DNA from: Octopus vulgaris
Lineage: Eukaryota
Length of the DNA stretch: 64,000 nucleotides
Reading direction: 5' to 3'
Assembly (NCBI GenBank): GCA_951406725.2
Contig: OX597822.1
Span: 95,480,001 to 95,544,000 of the forward strand
Below the pieces are notes generated by a model. It worked only from the letters and a program-made list of their open reading frames with translations, had not been told where the DNA came from and searched no databases. The position numbers and the translations under genes were made by a program. Shown piece after piece: positions 1-12,390 of the stretch. Numbering within the stretch: position 1 is the first letter of the stretch; every line of letters begins with the position of its first letter.

Positions 1-209
1 AGAGTTTTAAGGAGTGTAGAACCATTTCTCGATCAGTATTGTTCCCAGGCCTACTCTGACACAGACTAGTAGCACCTGTCAGGGTCTCAGTCATGGGGAA
101 ATTAGCATATTATCATATTAGCATATGAAGACTGGATTTGAAAACTGGATCAGATCGACTCTGCGTAAGGAGCCTTTATGATTCAAAGGAAGGAAGGAAT
201 CTGTAGCAA

Positions 210-289
210 CGCATTGGGAATATAATGAAGCACTGGGAATAAAATGAAGCATTGGGAATAAAATGGGGTGCAGGGAATAAAATGAAGCC
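210..289. repeat. ~19-bp minisatellite, about 4 units (gcattgggaataaaatgaa)
   Basis: Four successive variants of gca(t/c)tgggaata(a/t)aatg are visible. Confidence 0.8.
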
Positions 290-759
290 ATATTAATCAC
301 CCGCTGCATCTCTCTCTATCTCCGGTCGTTTGAACTGATCCAACAAATGATTTAAGTTGGTCAGAGACGAGAGATGAAGTTGACGGTGCACCACACTCCT
401 TCACTTTGAGCAAAGTCACTGCCCAAGGCATCCGTCATCCTTAAGATTGAATAGATGGGAATCGTCGCTTTGACGGACGAACGAACACGAATGCGATAAC
501 CGGTGAATAATTACACATTGTATTTCGTATGGAAGTGTGAATGAACAAGAAGATAACGTACCTTACAATCATCTAAGAGATGAGAAGTTTATATGCTGTC
601 AACAACACAGTGTTGTGTCTGTAGTCAATATACGTAACTAGTTTGATTGACCGGTTAACTTTAGGTAATTATGTTAAAAAAGGAGCATCGTGGCAACTAT
701 GTTAAATCTCTGAAACTTACAAATTATGTCATTAATAAGCTCTACAGTGTTCAAATATT

Positions 760-1143
760 GGAAGCACTCCGTCGGTTACGACGATGAGGATTCCGGTTGA
801 TCCGAATCAACGGAACAGCCTGCTCGTGGAATTAACGTGTAAGTGGCTGAGCACTCCACAGACACGTGTACCCTTAACGTAGTTCTCGGGGATATTCAGC
901 GTGACACAGAGAGCGACAAGGCCGGCCCTTTGAAATACAGGTACAACAGAAACAGGAAGTAAGAGTGAGAGAAAGTTGTGGTGAAAGAGTACAGCAGGGA
1001 TCACCACCATCCCCTGCCTGAGTCTCGTGGAGCTTTAGGTGTTTTCGCTCAATAAACACTCACAACGCCCGGTCTGGGAATCGAAACCGCGATCCTACGA
1101 CCGGGAGTCCGCTGCCCTAACCACTGGGCCATTGCGCCTCCAC
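760..1143 (-). mobile_element. tRNA-derived SINE, family A (head A + tail A), full length
   Basis: Minus-strand head with Pol III A/B-box-like motifs (tggcccagtggttagg, gtttcgattccc). Perfect 11-bp TSD gttcaaatatt at 749-759 and 1144-1154. Near-identical copy at 29452-29835. Confidence 0.92.
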
Positions 1144-1159
1144 GTTCAAATATTATGAA

Positions 1160-1620
1160 AACTAAAGGATTGAATCCAATAAAACCAAATATAACTAAAA
1201 CCACTGGCATAACCTAGACCTACCCCCATCGTTTTTGTGAACCACAAAAACCAGTTCCATGGCCTGAAGGGGACACACCTAAATATACACAACTACTTAC
1301 AAGGATTTACGTACATGAATAAATTCTAAACAGTAACATAACTCCCAATTTAATCAATAAAAACTTCTACAAAATACATCTCTATCGCAATATAGCCTCC
1401 AACCTAATTACTACTCCACTCAAACCAACATACCCAAGAAAGAGTTTATCTTAACAGAGACTATATAAAGCCAAGATCGACTTCAATGCATCGCAGTCCG
1501 ACGATGGCTTAGCTGGTCGAAGCTTCGAATTACTGTCAATGATATTCTTGTTTAAGAAAAATAAATTTGTACTCCACAAAAATATAGAGTAACCATCAGA
1601 TTAATGGAAAATTGCTTTTA
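1160..1620 (+). mobile_element. Decayed Penelope-like element 3' region
   Basis: A-rich coding-like remnant with LNRD (cttaacagagac, ~1450), typical of the PLE GIY-YIG C-terminus. Followed by a degenerate hammerhead-like motif at 1494-1536 and (TA)n. Confidence 0.4.
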
Positions 1621-1634
1621 TTTTAACAGAAAAC

Positions 1635-1683
<49 letters not shown>

Positions 1684-1688
<5 letters not shown>

Positions 1689-1866
1689 GGAAAGTTTACG
1701 AAAATAAACAAAAAACGAAGGCAGGTGGTGTACAAACAAACAAATGTATTAGTATAGCGCTCAGGAATAGAAAAAGTCTTTTACGTTTCGACCCTACGCC
1801 CTTCCACAGAAAGATACACAGAAGAAAACAAGGAGAGAGAGAAAAAATGCGTGTAGTAGCTAACGA

Positions 1867-1869
<3 letters not shown>
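1684..1869 (-). mobile_element. Short (TA)n-flanked element carrying a variant hammerhead motif (1777-1814)
   Basis: Reverse strand reads tcttt-CTGTGGA-agggcgtagggtc-GAAA-cg-TA-aaaga. It shares ttcctgagcg...taatac...tttgtt with 42785-42992 and 54673-54861. Confidence 0.7.
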
Positions 1870-1925
<56 letters not shown>

Positions 1926-1976
1926 ATGCATGTATATGTATGTATGTATGTATGTATATATATTTATGTATATATA

Positions 1977-2433
1977 GGCGCACGAATGGCTGTGTGATAA
2001 GTAGCTTGCTTACCAACAAGATGGTTCCGGGTTCAGTACCACTGCAGGGCACCTTGGGCAAGTGTCTTCTACTATAGCCTCGGGCCGACGAAAGCCTTGT
2101 GAGTGGACTTGGTAGTCGAAAACAGAGAGAACCATCGTATATATGTATATTTATATATATATATATGTGTGTGTGTGTTTGTGTGTCTGTGTGTGTGTGT
2201 TTGTGTGTGCGTGTGTGTGTGTTTGTTCGTGTTTGTGTGTCTGTCTTTGTCCCCCCAGCATCGCTTCACAACCGATGCTGTTGTGTTTATGTCCCCGTAA
2301 TTTAGCAGCTCGGCAAAAGAGACCGATGGAATAAGCACTAGGCTTACAAAGAATAAGTTCTGGAGTCGATTTGTTCGACTAAAGGCGGTGCTACAGCATG
2401 GTCGCAGTCAAATGACTAAAACGAATAAAAGAA
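1977..2433 (+). mobile_element. tRNA-derived SINE family B (CORE-like ccttgggcaagtg, internal TA/TG microsatellite)
   Basis: A/B-box-like head, homology to at least 7 other copies in the window, and aataaaaga-type tail. Confidence 0.9.
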
Positions 2434-2554
2434 TATATGTATATGTACGTGCCATGGCCGTAACTTGGAATCCTGGATAATTTGTATCATGTAATACAGT
2501 TTGTACAAGTAGAAAAGTGCAGAGTTACACCAGCATTCAGCTGGTATTCATTGT

Positions 2555-2887
2555 AAAGGGTAAAGACCCCCTTCGGTCATGAATGACCATGGGATTGCAC
2601 CTAGAAAGTTACCCTCCTAGACACAAGTCCGGGCAAGGTTGTTTATAGAAGACCAGCAGTCGCCCATGCATACCAGCCTCCCCTCTCCACGCCACCAGTG
2701 TTATCCAAGGGAAAGACAAATACAGCTTGGCACCAGTGACGTCGCAACTCAATTCTACAGCTGAGTGAACTGGAGCAACGTGAAATAAAGTGTCTTGCTC
2801 GAGAACACAACACGCAGCCCGGTCCGGGATTCGAGCTCACAACCTCACGATCGTAAGCTCGACGCTCTAACCACTGAGCCATATGCC
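2555..2887 (-). mobile_element. tRNA-derived SINE (head D + unique tail)
   Basis: Reverse strand ggcatatggctcagtggttagagcg...gctcgaatccc, then gagcaagacactttatttcacgttgctccag, which is shared with 10054-10383. Confidence 0.85.
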
Positions 2888-3005
2888 ACTAAAAACTAGA
2901 ATAAAGGGAAATAAAGTGCCTTTCATTTCATGTTGGTGGAACTAGGAATCGAACCTTTTGATTGAATGTCAAAATATATTCACACACACACACACATATG
3001 AATGC

Positions 3006-3064
<59 letters not shown>

Positions 3065-3069
3065 CATAT

Positions 3070-3740
3070 ATAATAAAGGGACTCTTGAATAATTCTTTCT
3101 ACAAAGCACCGGATTTACCATAATGCACAACATCATACTTTGTCTCATGTACATAACTTGTACGTTGTTTGGTATTCTTAACACATGATTAAACTTGAGG
3201 CTTAAAGGAAAGAATGCCCCGAAGAAATCAAAGTTCAATACTTACAGAACATACTGCCTTTCCAAGTATCAGTCAGATCGTTAAATAGAAAGAGAAATAA
3301 ATGCCACACGTAAAAGGTGAGGATATATCTAGGGAAATTGAATAGGATGGAAAACTTCCAGAGAAATGTTACCGTTGCATAATGGGTTTTTACTAAGAAA
3401 ACGAAGATTCTGCTTCAGTGAAAATAGTTATAACTCTCACGAAAGAGTTGCCATATCACACAGGGTATGTTAAATATGAGAAAAACAAAATTTCAACCTC
3501 AGGAAAAGCGAGATGTTGGCATAATGTTACCACAGAGAAAGGGTAGCTCAAGGGAAACAGAATATATCAGATAGAAAACAGCGTAATTCAAAGGAAAGTG
3601 TTTTGTACGTTTGTCATTAATAAAATCTTCCCGTAATGAACCTACATCAAACCAGAAATAAACTCGCAAGTAATCCGAAAATAACATTCGTTGATGACAG
3701 TTAAAAGAAATATTACCTATTAATGAATTCATTTTAAGTT
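3070..3740 (-). mobile_element. Decayed Penelope-like RT/GIY-YIG fragment
   Basis: Translated remnants WFDVGSL (compare PLE RT SFDVxSL), LPFL, and KYDVVHYGK (GIY-YIG VVY-like), with many stops. Confidence 0.45.
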
Positions 3741-3761
3741 CTATTTATCTAAAGTTTACGA

Positions 3762-4215
3762 GAGCAGGCGTGGCTTTGTGGTAAGAAGTTGCTTCCCAGC
3801 CACAGGGTAGTGGGTTCAGTCCTACTGCGTGGTATCTTGGGCAAGTGTCTTCTACCATAGCACTTGGCCGACCAAAGACTTGTGAGTGGATTTGGCAGAC
3901 GGAAACTGAAAGAAGCCCGTTATATACATACATACATGCATACATATAAACAAACATACATACGTACATATATATGTGCGTCAGAGTGTGTGTGTGTGAG
4001 AGAGAGAGAGAGAGAAAGAGAGAGGGAGTTTATGTTCCTCACCACCAACCGATGTTAGTTTGTTTACGTTTCCGTAAATTGGCGGTCAGACCGATAAAAA
4101 ATATCAGACATTGAAATATAAGTATTGGGGTCAATTTCTTGGACTAAAACTCTACAAGTCGTTGCCCTAGCATGACCGCAGTCAAATGGCTGAAATAAGT
4201 AACAGATAAAATAAG
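3762..4215 (+). mobile_element. SINE family B, older diverged copy
   Basis: Same head (ggcgtggctttgtggtaag...cttgggcaagtgtcttc) and tail (gaccgcagtcaaatggctgaaa). Confidence 0.85.
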
Positions 4216-4505
4216 AATCACGCACTTTTTAATAATTTACTCACGATCCGCAAGCGCTAGTCTAGCAAGCAATATACGCTGCGTGTTAAATCATTAAGCA
4301 GCTGTGTTTCTTCGAAATAATAGAGTATTTATTCGTTCGAATCCATATATTTTTTCACTGAATGATGGCAACATCTGCCTGCACATACTGTAGTAAAATA
4401 AATTGGATCCGTGCAGATGTAAACAAACGGCGGCCATTTTCGTGAAACAGCAACACTTTTACCGTCCTAAATTATTGGCAAATGTCCAATAAATGATGTG
4501 TTATT

Positions 4506-5660
4506 ATGAGTCAAAAACGTGATTTAACATCAAATGAGAAGTCCATCATTGTCTCAGAGCTTGGAAAAACAAAAACCACATCGGAAATATCAAAGATCCC
4601 GGGAAAAGTTCATCGAACTGCGAAGAAATTAGTGGAGTCTTCTGCCGTCCGTTCGAGGGCTGACAAGGGTAAATCGAGGGTTGTTTCCAGGCGTACCCTG
4701 TCACGTATAACGAAAGAAGTTGCGAAGAACACGTGTCTGACTAGTCGAGAAGTGTGGCAGAGTAGACATTTCGAAATCTACCAAGTGTTGCCCCCTGAAG
4801 CAGGTAGCCAAGAACGTAAAACCTGTTACAAGACCCCATGTGAAGGGTGTTCATAAACAAAATAGAATCAAATGGGCAGAAGACTGCATGAAGATAGATT
4901 TTTCAAAAGTTCTCTTTACTGATGAATGCCGTGCTACTCTAGACGGACCAAATGGGTGGATTAAAGGTTGGGTTGCAATTAGCGGAAATCGTTCTCATCG
5001 TTTGAGATACCAACAAAGGGAAGGCGGAATGATGATTTGGGCTGGTCCTTGGAAAGTTCCAGACGGAATTAAGGTGACATCTAATGCCTGTGCTGCCTTT
5101 TTGGAGGACAATTTTAAGCCATGCTTGAAGAAGCAGAAAGTTTCATTAAAGAGAATGCTGGTATTTATGCAAGATAATGCGCCCTCCCATGCAGCTAAGA
5201 CATCTCTGGAATACCTACAGCAATTAGGCTTCTCTGAACACCGTTTGATGAAGTGGCCAACGTGTTCACCCAAATTAAACCCGATTGATAATCTATGGAG
5301 TGTTCTGAAGAGGAAGACATATCAAGATGGACGACAGTTTTCAACGAAAGACAGCATTCTGGAAAGTTATTGTGGATGCTGCTTTGTTTGTTTGTTTGTT
5401 TGTTTGTTTGTTGAGGGAAGCGGTCTTCGTCTCTTGAGAGAAGTCCGAAACGAGGTCCTTTGCTATTCGTAAGACCCGCAGAAGAGAGAGCAGGTCAATC
5501 CCCGACACAGAGAGCATCGACGGATGTGTGGATGTGTGGACAGTAGATGATGCTCATATGAGATGCTGCTGATATAAGATGAAATAGTTACCATGACAAA
5601 TTCAATGGATAAATGCGCCAGGGACGTTCTCTCATGTGGAGGATCATACATCCATCATAA
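4506..5660 (+). pseudogene. Tc1-family transposase pseudogene (frameshifted, interrupted)
   Basis: HTH-like N-terminus (ORF 4506-4856). DDE domain motifs VLFTDECRATLDGPNGW, FMQDNAPSH and WPTCSPKLNPIDNLW. C-terminus resumes after the insertion (SMDKCARDVLSCGG). Confidence 0.9.
5384..5561 (-). mobile_element. 178-bp retroposon 3' stub with (AAAC)n tail inserted in the Tc1 transposase
   Basis: 9-bp TSD gatgctgct at 5375-5383 and 5562-5570, with (tttg)n at the left end. Confidence 0.8.
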
Positions 5661-6557
5661 AGAACTTTATGATGTCATATTTCTTGTATCGTTTCCATTC
5701 AACCATATTATTATGTTCATTATGAAGTCCTTTATGATTATATTTGCTGTTAAAAATTAATTGTTGCATTAAATAAATGTTTGTTTTTGCATAATTAGCA
5801 TTTTTAGTAGACCTACCTAATAATTTAGGACAGTAAAAATGATACCTATTAACAAAAATGGCCGTTGTTTCTTTACGTATGGGTGCATCAAATTTATTGT
5901 GGCACAGTACATGCAGATGGGTGTTATCATCGTGCAGTGGGAAAATATCTGGATTCGAACGTATGGCTACTGTGTTCTTGCGAAAAAAGCCGAGCTGCCT
6001 AATAATTTGACATGCAGTGTATATATTAATTAATCAGGCACAGCCATCTTGATTTATAATGAATATCAAACCCTCGAGACAATAATTAGCTTAAAAATAC
6101 GTTTTACATTTACTGTCTCACAACGTTAGTCAAAATGCGTCATCTAAAACGCATCCTTTCCCCATAGTTACTGGGCTGCATATCTGATTATCATATAAAT
6201 ACACATATACAGTACATTTTTTAATCTCTAGACGCAAAAGATTCATAATACTATAGATACATATATACATTACCACGTACACACACACATGCACACACAC
6301 ACATACTCACATATATATACATGTATATGTATGTATGCATATGCGTATAGATATACATATAAATGCGTATCCATGGAAAACCCAAATGTATTAAATATTG
6401 AGTTTTATAATTAATTACTTGCAGTAAACAATATTTAAATCCAGTAACTGAATAAGACGTATGATCTTTATCATTTCATACTAATCATCATAATATAAGA
6501 AATAATAATAGCTATAATATCTGTCTTTGTATTCTATATCTATCTAGCTGTCTCTCG

Positions 6558-6687
<130 letters not shown>

Positions 6688-7089
6688 CCAATATTTAGTT
6701 ACGTAAATGTCCTGTGAGTGGTATGAGAAAATTTCAAAGTTATACCGAAATTATCATATCAACTAATTGTTTTTGACGCGTACGCCAGATGGACGGACCA
6801 TGGGAGAGAAAGAGAAAGAAAGAGAGAGAAACAGAGACAAAGCGAGGGATGGTAAAAAAAAGTGTAAAGGATATGTATTTTCAAATTTCGAGAAATATAT
6901 ATGGAATATAGGCAAACATGACATATTTAATTTATTTTATATTAATTCCCTTATTAACTACATCATTATCTCTCACATTTTCAATTTATTTTTTCAAAAG
7001 TTTAAAAAAAAAACGCTTGAAAAGGGAAAAATCGAAAATATTTTTCACATATTTCTCTCGTTTATATGAATATGGAATGAAACAGTAAA

Positions 7090-8620
7090 AAAATTGCTTC
7101 TTAGTTTGTATGATAACATGAAGGACTAGCGTGGTCGTATGGATTATGAAGTTTAATTCAGTGTAGCTCTGTTTTCCAGAAGCAATCCGTTGTTATGAAG
7201 CAATTGCTGGTCAGTATTCTTCGCTTACAATGTGGATCACTAGAGAAGCCCTGTTGATGATCTGTTGCCTCAGAGCAGCCTCATATTTCTTTATTGATCG
7301 TAGACTCTTTCGAGTCCTCCACTTCCGGACTTGATGTGTTCTAGTATCTCATACGTTTAATAAAATGCGATTCAAATTTGCTTTCATTATTCCTAGTAGA
7401 CCTCGGTTGATGCTGCTGTGCTACTCACTGCAAATCCGCTCTGGCCCTTGTTACCATCTCATTGAAAGCAAAGATTAGCATCTTCTTATGGAACTATTTC
7501 AGTGATATGTCACTGTTGGCATTACCAAGGATGACACGTGCGGCACCGCTACTTTTGTCCTCAAGGCTGTCACAATGCTTAACGAAACAGTTGTTTGGTG
7601 CGGCGGTGAACTCCTTGGATATGTTAGCATTACCAGTTTCTTTCCTCTGCCGATTTCTTTCATAGTATTTCCGGCTGCTACTTTGATCTTGCTGTAACAT
7701 ATCTAACAATTGGATGAAACAATTCTGTGCTAAAATTTAACACAACGAGGGTATTAATCCTATTTCTTGCTAGAATGTAATCCAGTTGAAAAAAAAACTG
7801 TCACAAGAATAGCATATAAGTAGTAATACAGCTGCTGGGCTGTTCTATGGTAGTCTTCATGTGCTTACTGTTTCTCTAACTAATTAAGAGGAAGTGGCTT
7901 GATTGGATTGCACTGATTATACAGATAATTACAGATAGTCTTGCTTAATGCCTTCTTTCAGATGTTTATTGGGTGGGCTGAAGCAGTAGAAAGCGATTCG
8001 CTTGCTTTCCAATTAGAGTAAGTCTATGGAACATTCAGTACATTTCAAAATACTCATATATTACATAAAGCGCTTTGGGATAAAGTAGAGCACATACTTC
8101 TAAATACTAATATATTACATTAATGTTTTGGGATAAACCAGGGCACTTACTTCTCTAGTGATAGCATTCTTTTTATTCTTCCATATTAATGGAATAAATT
8201 TCTTAATTGTCATCTGTGTAAGTGGCTCAACATGCAAGTTTCAATGTTCTTGTTCACAAAAGGCGTCAATACAATATGTACGGGCATCGGATGTAAATTC
8301 CTCCTTCCTGATAGTAGTGGTCAATGACCTGTTATTGAATGTACGAGCAATAGAAGGCAGTTACACTGGACACAGGTAACTACACTATGTTTTTGTGCAT
8401 AAAGTTTGGACCGTCCGTGGGGATTTAAGAACTTCCCTTTATCCTTATTGGGAAACAACATTGCTTTATATGGTAAGGATATCAATTCACAGACTCTAAT
8501 CCCACTCTTGTTGTATAGGAAAATCATATTGCCAGTCTACATGTTATGTACTGTGGACGAAATTCCATTCGCAGCCTTCTTTAGATCAGTGGATCTCGAA
8601 GTACACATAAACCTATAAAT
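7090..8620 (-). pseudogene. Possible decayed tyrosine-recombinase (Crypton-like) coding region
   Basis: SGIRVCELISL resembles the YR box I GxRxxExxxL. YLCPV lies in a shifted frame (8364-8378). SKHMKT (~7860) and DMLQQDQSSSRKYYE resemble downstream YR motifs. Heavily broken, and spacing is atypical. Confidence 0.4.
8047..8155. repeat. Two-unit ~54-bp tandem repeat
   Basis: aaatact(c/a)atatattacat...ttgggataaa...gcac(a/t)tacttc occurs twice. Confidence 0.75.
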
Positions 8621-8641
8621 AGCATATAAATAATGAGTTGA

Positions 8642-8988
8642 GAAATCCATTTGGACCGAAAAAATCGGAGGCTGCCCATGTGACTTGAACCAACATCTCC
8701 CGTGAGCATGACAGTTATTTTACCATTGAATCAAAGCAACCCTCCGAATTTCTCTATCGATCTTAGAAACTGTATCGTTACAGCGAGAACTGCATGTTGT
8801 TGACGTCAAACATTTTATGAACTTTCGTGAGCGATATCCAATTCTCGTTGGTAAGAGTAGTTTCTAAAATCGACAGAGAAATACGAAGGATTGCTTTGGA
8901 GCAATGGTAAAATAACTGTCATGTCTACAGGAGATGAAGATTCAAGTTCCACGAAAAGCGTTGGATTTCTTCTGCCCCAAAGGATTTT
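8642..8988. repeat. ~350-bp foldback (long inverted repeat) with tRNA-like arms
   Basis: catgacagttattttaccattg (8707-8728) is the exact reverse complement of 8902-8923. Imperfect pairing extends over about 160 bp per arm. Confidence 0.9.
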
Positions 8989-9074
8989 ATATACTAATAT
9001 TTAAATGCTGTTATTAATAGCATCATGTGCGCAACAATATCCATCATTCTGCACCCCACCCCATAAAAATATAA

Positions 9075-9136
<62 letters not shown>

Positions 9137-9140
<4 letters not shown>

Positions 9141-9448
9141 GAGGCGCAATGGCCCACTGGTTAGGCAGCGGTCTCGTGGTCGTAGGATTGCGGTTTCGAT
9201 TCCCAGACCGGGCGTTGTGAGTGTTTATTGAGCGAAAACACCTAAAGCTCCACGAAGCTCCGGCAGGAGATGGTGGCGATCCCTGCTGTACTCTTTCGCC
9301 ACAACCTTCTCTCATTCTTTCTTCTGTTGGCCTCCTCGCTTAGCCAGCGGGGTGGCGTCATTTGAAGGCTAAAACAATGCGAAGCGCATTGTGACCATCG
9401 ATGTGTAGCAACATCTGATAGCCTGGTCGGTCACGGTGATCACGGTGA
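9137..9448 (+). mobile_element. tRNA-derived SINE (head A + tail E) inserted in (TA)n
   Basis: Head shared with family A. Different 3' part ends ggtcggtcacggtgatcacggtga-tata. Copies at 38234-38514 and 44198-44318. Confidence 0.9.
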
Positions 9449-9453
9449 TATAT

Positions 9454-9874
9454 ACTCTTTTACTCTTTACTCTTTTACTTGTTTCAATCATTTGACTGCG
9501 GCCATGCTGGAGCACCGCCTTTAGTCGAGCAAATCGACCCCGGGACTTATTCTTTGTAAGCCCAGTACTTATTCTATCAGTCTCTTTTGCCGAACCGCTA
9601 AGTGACGGGGACGTAAACACACCAGCATCGGTTGTCAAGCAATGCTAGGGGGACAAACACAGACACACAAACATATAAACACACATACATATATATATAT
9701 ATACATATATACGACAGGCTTCTTTCAGTTTCCGTCTACCAAATCCACTCACAAGGCATTGGTCGGCCCGGGGCTATACCAGAAGACACTTGCCCAAAAT
9801 GCCACGCAGTGGGACTGAACCCGGAACCATGTGGTTGGTTAGCAAGCTACTTACCACACAGCCACTCCTGCGCC
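9454..9874 (-). mobile_element. SINE family B, young full-length copy
   Basis: (agtaaaag)n tail and ggcgcaggagtggctgtgtggtaag head. Confidence 0.93.
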
Positions 9875-9908
<34 letters not shown>

Positions 9909-10053
9909 TATATATATTCGGTTACAAGTATTTTTTTTGCATCTTCAATATACTGATTACAACCCAATTTGTAGTCGAACCGGTTTCGTCGAGTTCATAT
10001 ATTTTATAGCATGGGATTCACTCTAGTTACATTCTTTCTGTTGTGCAATATTA

Positions 10054-10383
10054 AAAAAAAAAGACTCCGTCGGTTACGACGACGTGGGTCCCAGCTGATA
10101 CGATCAACGGAACAGCTTGCTCGTGAAATTAACGTGCAAATGGCTGAGCATTCCACAGACACGTGTACCCTTAACGTAGTTCTCGGGGATAATCAGCGTG
10201 ACACAGAGAGTGACAAGGCTGACCCTTTGAAGTACAAGTACAACACATTTTTGCCAGCTGAGTGGACTGGAGCAACGTGAAATAAAGTGTCTTGCTCAAG
10301 GACACAACGCGTCGCCGGGAATCGAACTCACAACCTTACGATCATGAACCGAATGCCCTAACCACTAAGCCACGCGCCCTCAC
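10054..10383 (-). mobile_element. Chimeric SINE (head D + tail A)
   Basis: TSD tg(t/c)gcaatatta at 10042-10053 and 10384-10395. The 3' half matches family A and the 5' half matches 2555-2887. Confidence 0.88.
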
Positions 10384-10533
10384 TGCGCAATATTATTACC
10401 AGTTCGAATATGCTGGTGGCACGTTCGGACTTGAAAACAAACTATTCATTGTGCTTTGTCATGCAGAAAATTTTTCGCTACAGACAAATGGTGTAAATAC
10501 ACTAAAATAAGCTCGCAGTGTCACCTACCCAGA

Positions 10534-10581
10534 CTATGAGAGGCTAGCATTTCGGAGTGGTTATCTCCTCGTCAGTCACAG
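10534..10581 (-). ncRNA. Type I minimal hammerhead ribozyme motif
   Basis: Reverse strand ctgtga-CTGACGA-ggag(ataacca)ctcc-GAAA-tgctagcc-TC-tcatag. Stem I has 6 bp, stem II 4 bp, and stem III contains the palindrome gctagc. Confidence 0.8.
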
Positions 10582-10934
10582 GAACTGAATGGTAGCGCTG
10601 CGAGCTGATAAGAGAGGCAATCTCTCTTATGTTATTCCTGTCAACATATCTCGGATGGGAGAGCAAATCGACGACTCATCATGATTAAATTATCGAGTGG
10701 GAGCTTAATTTTACGCAAAGTTTTATTTTAGGATCCTATATACAATGGACTCTTTTATTCTAGACCGAGTCTTATTTGGTTATTACCTAACGTACATCAG
10801 AAAATTAGCAGCATTAGAAATATTGGTTTAGGCATTATCAAATAATTACAATATAATGGACTTGTAACACACGCTCACGCTCAAACTTACACAGCCACAC
10901 CGACACACAGACAGAAAGATATACACATATGCAT

Positions 10935-11007
<73 letters not shown>

Positions 11008-11303
11008 ATTGTAAGATTCTCGATGTCACTGAACTTTCGGAGAGCCTTGCTGTTGGCGCCCACCACCACTCATTGATTAATTTCAGTCTCATTGCCAATT
11101 TATTAGATAATTATTTAATTAATCAATTAATTAATCGACTAATTATCTAATTAATTGATGATGAAACTGAAGTGAGGTAAATAATGTTGGCAGATCCCGC
11201 ACTCAAAGCACAATATACATATATGGATGTATGCATATAACTGTTTATATGTATGTATTTATGTATATATACATGCATGTATGTATGTATGTATGTATGT
11301 ATG

Positions 11304-11359
<56 letters not shown>

Positions 11360-11376
11360 CACACATATATATATAT

Positions 11377-11540
11377 TAATTAGAAAAAAAACCCACCTTT
11401 TATCAATTCAACAATGCAAAATTTAAATTATACCATATAGAAAAAAATTAAATATAAGATAAAAACAATATCATATATTGTGAAATTTGATTTAGTATTT
11501 CTAAATTGAATTTTTCCCTGTAAGTTTGGAATAATATTCA
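11377..11540. mobile_element. AT-rich PLE-like terminal fragments in inverted arrangement
   Basis: Matches 62596-62760 and 33436-33570; one half is forward and the other reversed. Confidence 0.55.
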
Positions 11541-11541
11541 C

Positions 11542-11617
<76 letters not shown>

Positions 11618-11627
11618 ATATATATAT

Positions 11628-11682
<55 letters not shown>

Positions 11683-11685
<3 letters not shown>

Positions 11686-11962
11686 CATGGACTCTCCTGC
11701 AATTTCTTGTTGAACAACTCCATAGTCGACTCGTTTATAGTAATCAAATGTTTGTATTCGCATTAGCTCACCACTTCCATCAAATCGACCTCACCTGAAC
11801 AGGTGCACGACGTGCCACACGTCAAATGACGAAATGATCGCAGCGTAACGGGAAATGAAGTGTTTTAGCTCAACAACACAACACCACGCCCGGTCTGGGA
11901 ATCGAAGCCAGGATCTAGCAATCGTAAGTGCATCACACTAACCAGTGAGCCATGCATCTTCA
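11683..11962 (-). mobile_element. tRNA-derived SINE, diverged, another tail type
   Basis: Reverse-strand head gtgaagatgcatggctcactggttagtg...ttcgattcccagaccggg. Confidence 0.7.
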
Positions 11963-12250
11963 CACAGACAGACACAGAGACACACAGACTCAACAGACAT
12001 AACACATACACACACAAACAAACACACACACATATACACACAAACACACACATATACACACAAACACACACATATGTAAATGCGTATGCATCAATGTACA
12101 TATATGTACATTCAAGGTGGAGACCAACATTTCGATATGGTATTCTTAAACAATTGTGAAGATCCTCACATGGAACCATTGGGTGCCTCGTTAACCCATA
12201 AATAATGATAATAATTTGATGGCATGCACTTCTCCATTACTCACTCACTC

Positions 12251-12294
<44 letters not shown>

Positions 12295-12390
12295 CAAATA
12301 ATAATAAATAATAATAATGAATAATAAATAAATAATAAATAATAATAATAAATAATAAATAATAAATACAAATAATAATAAATACAAAAT

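Larger units (their letters stand above)
4277..6019 (+). mobile_element. Tc1-like DNA transposon (DD37E/TRT-type), full length, inactivated
   Basis: About 205-bp imperfect TIRs (4277-4480 and 5817-6019) with internal direct-repeat motif aaattatt(a/g)gca, TA at both flanks, and a transposase inside. Confidence 0.9.

Noticed and set aside
1060-1143. Functional tRNA genes at SINE heads
   Set aside because: They continue into SINE bodies bounded by TSDs, and no complete cloverleaf with an acceptor stem was seen.
1604-2338. ORFs with YIYI/CVCV runs (here and throughout the window)
   Set aside because: Translations of (TA)n and (TG)n microsatellites and SINE sequence.
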